Positions 59,546 through 64,000 of a stretch of 64,000 nt of DNA are shown here, piece by piece. The stretch is from an uncultured Thermoleophilia bacterium. Lineage in GTDB: Bacteria; Actinomycetota; Thermoleophilia; UBA2241. The stretch is taken from NCBI GenBank assembly GCA_963814545.1, contig CAWFDC010000015.1:75565-139564 (forward strand), written 5' to 3'. Numbering within the stretch: position 1 is the stretch's first letter; each line of letters begins with the position of its first letter. The translations under genes were made by a program, and so were the position numbers. Below the pieces are notes generated by a model. The model searched no databases. It saw only the letters and a program-made list of their open reading frames with translations, and had not been told where the DNA came from.

Positions 59546-62534
59546 TCAGAGCGGCAGCCGCTCCGGCCGCCGCCGGGCGGCCCGGCCGTCGCCGTCGAGC
59601 GGTCCCAGCCAGCGGTCGAGCAGCCCGCTGCGCCAGATCCAGCGCACGAGCATCAGCCAGCCGAAGGCCGCCGCGCCGAGCGCCGCGTACTGGTAGAGCG
59701 GCAGCGGCGTGAGCTCGAAGAGCGTCCGGCCGCCCGCGGTCGCGACGCTGACGACGAGCACGACGAAGAGCAGCACCGTGAGCGCGGCGAAGCGCCAGTC
59801 GCGGCGCAGCGGGGCGCCGCCGACCCACCACTCGCTCGGCGGCGCCAGCAGCGGCACCACGAGGATCCCGCAGAGGGCGGCGAAGATCGTGGTCGCGGTC
59901 TGCACCGGCGGGAGCGCGTTGAGGAGCAGGTCGGCCTCGCTGGCGCCGGGGTGATCGGCCAGGTAGAGGCTCTCGTGCACCGCCGCCCAGATGTAGTAGA
60001 CGGTCATGGTCATGAGCCACTGCGCGACCGCCGCCGGCAGCACGAAGCGCGCCAGCCGGCGGAAGAGGCTGGTCTTGGGGACGGGGCCGGGCTTGGCCCA
60101 GACGGCGAAGGCGACGGCGGGGATGCCGGCGCCGATGAAGCTCAGCATCGACGCCTGGCGCGGCGCGAAGGGGAAGCCGCCGGCGGCGGCGACCACGCCG
60201 ACCACCCCCGCCTTGGCGAGGATGCTGCACCATGAACATGCGCAGGATGTCGTTCATGCCGTTGAGGATGCGCTGTCCCTCGCGGAAGGCGTAGGGCAGC
60301 ACGTCGAAGGAGTCGTTGAGCAGCACGAGGTCGGCGACGCCGCGCGCCGCCTGGGCGCCGCCGTTCATGGCGACGCTCACGTTGGCCTCCTTGAGGGCGA
60401 CGACGTCGTTGACGCCGTCGCCGATCATCGCCACGTGGCGGCCGCGGCGGCGCAGCGCCTGGAGCAGGCGCTGCTTCTGCTCGGGGGTGACGCGGCCGAA
60501 GATGCGCGTGCGTGCGGCGGCCGCGTCGAACTCGTCGCGCGAGAGGGCGTCGAGGTCGGCGCCCGAGAGCGTGGCGAAGCCGGTGACGTCGGTCGTCTCG
60601 GCTGCGCCCTCGGGGACGACGCGGATGCGCTCGTCGGCCGCGCCGGCTCCGGCCGGCGACTCGCCGGGCTGGAGGCCGGCCTGCAGGGCGATGGCCGCGA
60701 CGGTGCGCGGGTCGTCGCCGGAGATGACCTTGACCTCGATGCCCGGCCTGGCCGAACTCCTCGAGCGTCGTCTGCACGTGCGGGCGCAGCTCGTCGCGGA
60801 GGCTGACGACGGCGAGGGGGCGCAGGCCCGGCGGCAGCTCGGGCTCGTCGGCGAAGGCCACCGGCTCGGGCGCGGCGGCGAAGAGGAGGACGCGGTAGCC
60901 GGCGGCGGCGAGGCGCGCGGCGTGCTCGCGCCAGTGCGCGCCGCGCGCCTCGCCGCCCGGTCGCGTCGCCGGCCGCGACGAAGGCCTCGTCGCCGAAGAG
61001 CGCCGGCTGCGCGGGGCCGCGGCTCCGGCCGCCGCGTCGCCGGCGGCGTCTCGTCGCCCCCGGCGCCGGCCCGGCCGGGCGCCGCCGCCTCGTCCGCCGC
61101 GCCGTCCTCGCCGGCCGCGCCGCTCCGCCGCGCCCGTGCCGCCGGCGCGGCCACGGCCACAGGTCCCAGCGCGAGGGCTCCTGCCAGGCCGGCACCGCGG
61201 CCGGGTCGACGGGCCGCTCGACGCCCGCGGCCGGCTCGGGTCGCCGGGCGCGTCCCCGGCCGCCTCCCCGGGCGCGACGAAGCCGGCGCCGTCGGGGCAG
61301 AGCCGCGCCCACGACCTCGGGCGCCCCGAGCACGTAGGTGCCGCGCAGGGCGCCCTCCTCGAAAGTCGAGGCCGCTCCACTTGCGCCGCGACGAGAACAG
61401 CGCCTCGCTCGACGGCCGCCGGCGGATGCCGTGGTAGGCCCTCGCGAGGGCCTCGACGGTGCGGTTCACGTCGGTCGTGGTGGCGGCGTAGTCGCCGAGC
61501 AGGGTCTCGAGGTCCTCGTCGGCGTCGTCGAGCGGCGTCATCTCGTGCAGGCTGATCACGTTGGAGGTCAGCGTCCCCGTCTTGTCGGTGCAGAGGACGT
61601 CGACGTTGGAGAGCGACTCCACGGCGTTGGCCTGCTGGATCAGCATCCCCTTGCCCAGCATGCGGACGGCGCCGAGGGCGTAGGCGAGGGCGATCGAGAG
61701 CACGAGGCCGTTGGGGATGAGGGCGACGACGACGGTCGACATGCGCACGCCCTCGACGAACGGCAGGTGCTCGCTGATGCTGCGGCTCCAGACGAGGACG
61801 GTGAAGGCGAGCACGACGATGAGCAGCGTGCGGATGATGAGGTAGACCTCGCGCTGCAGGGGCGTCAGCTCGCGGCGGTAGCTGGTCGCCTTGGCGGTGA
61901 GCTTGTTGGCGAAGCTCTCGAGCCCGACCTTCTCGGCCTCGTAGTGGCCGCCGCCGGTGGCGCAGAAGCTGCCCGAGAGCAGGGCGTCGCCGTCGGTCTT
62001 GAGGACGAGGTCGGACTCACCGGTGAGGAGCGACTCGTCGACCTCGAGCCGGCCCTCGCCGCGCACGCGCCCGTCGACGACTATCTGGTCGCCGGGGCGC
62101 AGGCGGAGCAGGTCGCCGACCACGATCTCCGAGGGGTCGACCTCGCGCTCGGCGCCGTCGCGCACGACCGTCGCCTTGGGGCGCGTCAGGATCGCGATGC
62201 GGTCGATGGTGCGCTTGGCGCGGATCTCCTGAAAGAGGCTGACGAGCGTGTTGGCCAGGATCACGCCGACGGCGACGAAGGCGTCGAGGTAGCGGCCGAG
62301 GACGACGAGGAGGATCCCGAGGCCGAAGTAGAGGTTGTTGATGAAGTTGAAGACGTTGGCGCGGACGATCTGCTTGTAGGTGCGGCCGGCGTGCACCTGG
62401 ACGTCGTTGCCCTGGCCGGCGGCGCGGCGGCGCGCCGCTTCGGCGTCGCTGAGACCGCGCGCCGGGGCGCCGCCGGCCCCCGCTCCGGGGGTCGCGCCGA
62501 CGGGCTGCTCTGTGCCGTTGGGGGACGGGCTCAC
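59546..62534 (-). pseudogene. Cation-translocating P-type ATPase (P2/unclassified type); frame broken several times within the N-domain region
   Basis: TGES loop LLTGESDLVL and phosphorylation site LCTDKTGTLT (ORF 59286..62957 frame). LGAPEVV (ORF 60425 frame). GYRVLLFAAA...LRDELRP (ORF 60142 frame). VKVISGDD, MIGDGVNDVVALKEANVSVAM. C-terminal helices in ORF 59546..60205. A very GC-rich low-complexity stretch lies at about 60950-61330. Confidence 0.8.
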
Positions 62535-62859
62535 GCGGTCGTTGCGCTCCTCACCGGGGACGGGACTCAGGATACCCGAGCGCGCCGCGGCGAGCAGCCG
62601 CCGGGCACCGCCGCGACCAGTGGCCGGCCGGCGCCGCGACCAGGGTGGCCGACGCGGAGCCGGCTTCCACGAGCGGCGGCGAGGCACCGCTGGACGGGAC
62701 GGCCCGGGCGGGCGCTGCCGGGTGGCCCGGCGTGAGATTGACATCGCCCGCCGGGGCCGGTTTACTGCAGGACGAGGCGGCGCGCGGCGCCGCCTTCGCC
62801 AGTCCAACGCAGACGATGAGGATGCCCACGGTGCGTTCGCCGACTGAGACACTTCCGCC

Positions 62860-64000
62860 ATGCCGGCGGCGGGCATGACCGCCCCGGCCCGGCCCGCCTC
62901 CCCCGACACCAGAGGACCCTCCGCCGACGCCCGTCGCTCCTCCTTCCCGAGCAGCACCGGCTCCCGGCCGCGCCCGGCGATCGCCGACCTGCACGCCTAC
63001 ATCAACGGCGGTCTCTCGCCGGCGGCGCGCGACTGCCCCGCGGCCACGCGGGCGATGGCCGTCGCCCTCGAGGCCGCCGTCGCCGCGCTGCACGACGACG
63101 GTGCGCCGGCACTCGCCTCGCTGCCCGACCGGCTGGTCACCGACGCGTCCCTGCGCCGCGAGGCCGAGCGCGACCAGAACGTGTACCTGGGGGCGCCGTT
63201 CACGGCGTGGCTGACCCGCGCCCGCCCCGACCTCGTCTTCCTGCCGCTCTCGGCGCCCGAGGTCGAGGTCGCCTTCGCCTGGGCGCGCGAGCACGGGGTG
63301 CCGGTCACGATCCGCGGCGCCGCCTCCGGCGCGCTCGGCGGCGCCGTCCCCAACGACGGCGGTCTCGTGCTCGACCTCTCGCGCCTCGACCACATCGACG
63401 TGAACCCCGACGACGACGTCTGCGTGATCGGCGGCGGGGCGCGCTTCCGCGAGATCCACCGCCGCCTCGCCGAGCACGGCCTCGCCCTGCCCGTCTACTC
63501 GTCCAACCTGGGCGGCACGTTCGCCGGCTGGCTCGTGAGCGGCGCCTCGGGGCTCAACGGTTTCGGGCCCGGCGACGCCATCGACGTCGTGCGCGCCGCC
63601 GACGTCGTCCTGCCCGGCGGCGACTTCGTGCGTTTCCACGCCGACGGCCGTCTCGACGTGCCGGCCGAGGCGCCCCGTCGCGGCCACCGCGAAGTGGGGG
63701 CCGACGCCGCCGAGGCATGGTTCCGCGGCCGCGGCCTCGAGCCCTTCGGCCTCGCCGACCTCGTCGGCAGCGAGGGCACGCTGGGAGCCGTCGTGCAGCT
63801 CGTCGTCGCCGTGGGGCGGCGGCCGAAGATCGGCGCCCTGCTCCTGCCGTTCGACTCGCTCCGCGACGCCTTCGCCGCCGTCGAGTGGGTGCGCCTCGGG
63901 GCCGGTCGCGGCCTGCCGCGACCGGCCAACCTCAAGCTCGTCTTCCGCCCCTTCGTGCGCCACGTGCGGCGCGTGTGGGCCGACGAGGACGTGCGCGCCT
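62860..64000 (+). CDS. FAD-binding (PCMH-type) oxidoreductase, GlcD/FAD-linked oxidase family; 3' end outside the window
   Basis: Open to the window edge, so absent from the ORF track. My translation gives PDLVFLPLSAPEVEVAFAWAREHGVPVTIRGAASGALGGAVPNDGGLVLDLSRLDHI, VIGGGARFREIHRRLAEHGLALPVY, GSEGTLGAVVQLVV. Confidence 0.7.
   Translation, partial: MPAAGMTAPARPASPDTRGPSADARRSSFPSSTGSRPRPAIADLHAYINGGLSPAARDCPAATRAMAVALEAAVAALHDDGAPALASLPDRLVTDASLRREAERDQNVYLGAPFTAWLTRARPDLVFLPLSAPEVEVAFAWAREHGVPVTIRGAASGALGGAVPNDGGLVLDLSRLDHIDVNPDDDVCVIGGGARFREIHRRLAEHGLALPVYSSNLGGTFAGWLVSGASGLNGFGPGDAIDVVRAADVVLPGGDFVRFHADGRLDVPAEAPRRGHREVGADAAEAWFRGRGLEPFGLADLVGSEGTLGAVVQLVVAVGRRPKIGALLLPFDSLRDAFAAVEWVRLGAGRGLPRPANLKLVFRPFVRHVRRVWADEDVRA

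Noticed and set aside
60950-61330. A large Arg/Ala/Gly-rich insertion in the N-domain of the P-type ATPase as a genuine novel domain.
   Set aside because: The stretch cannot be read in a single frame. It coincides with several frame changes and extreme GC, so its true sequence and length are unreliable until the assembly is verified.

Overview
High-GC (about 70% by eye, not computed) bacterial chromosome segment. Gene content looks Actinomycetota-like: an nrdR-nrdJ operon, a DEDD/GIY-YIG exonuclease, a polyprenol-phosphate mannosyltransferase and an Asp23 operon. I support about 55 protein genes and found no rRNA, tRNA, CRISPR array, transposase or integrase. Housekeeping blocks are hsp20-lon, sdhCDAB and nrdR-nrdJ. 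Highlight 1 (15.3-22.1 kb) is a TetR-flanked methylamine operon: Tat-lipoprotein binding protein, mtbB, mttB, a corrinoid protein and a non-Pyl MttB paralog. Both mtbB and mttB carry a single in-frame UAG at the position where archaeal homologs encode pyrrolysine, so this bacterium probably decodes UAG as Pyl. No pylTSBCD genes are in the window, and UAG still terminates at least seven neighbouring genes. Highlight 2 (44.2-52.5 kb, minus strand) is a translationally coupled cluster: a giant 1481-aa HdrA, mvhD, metV, metF, hdrC and hdrB. This is the acetogen-type methylene-THF reductase/heterodisulfide reductase module, a plausible sink for corrinoid-derived methyl groups. Other observations: several genes are broken by 1-nt homopolymer indels, which suggests draft or MAG quality. 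There is an unusual density of short, slightly diverged tandem duplications straddling stop or start codons. Lon carries a histone-like Lys/Ala/Pro tail. One ORF is a plsY/M28B-peptidase chimera.
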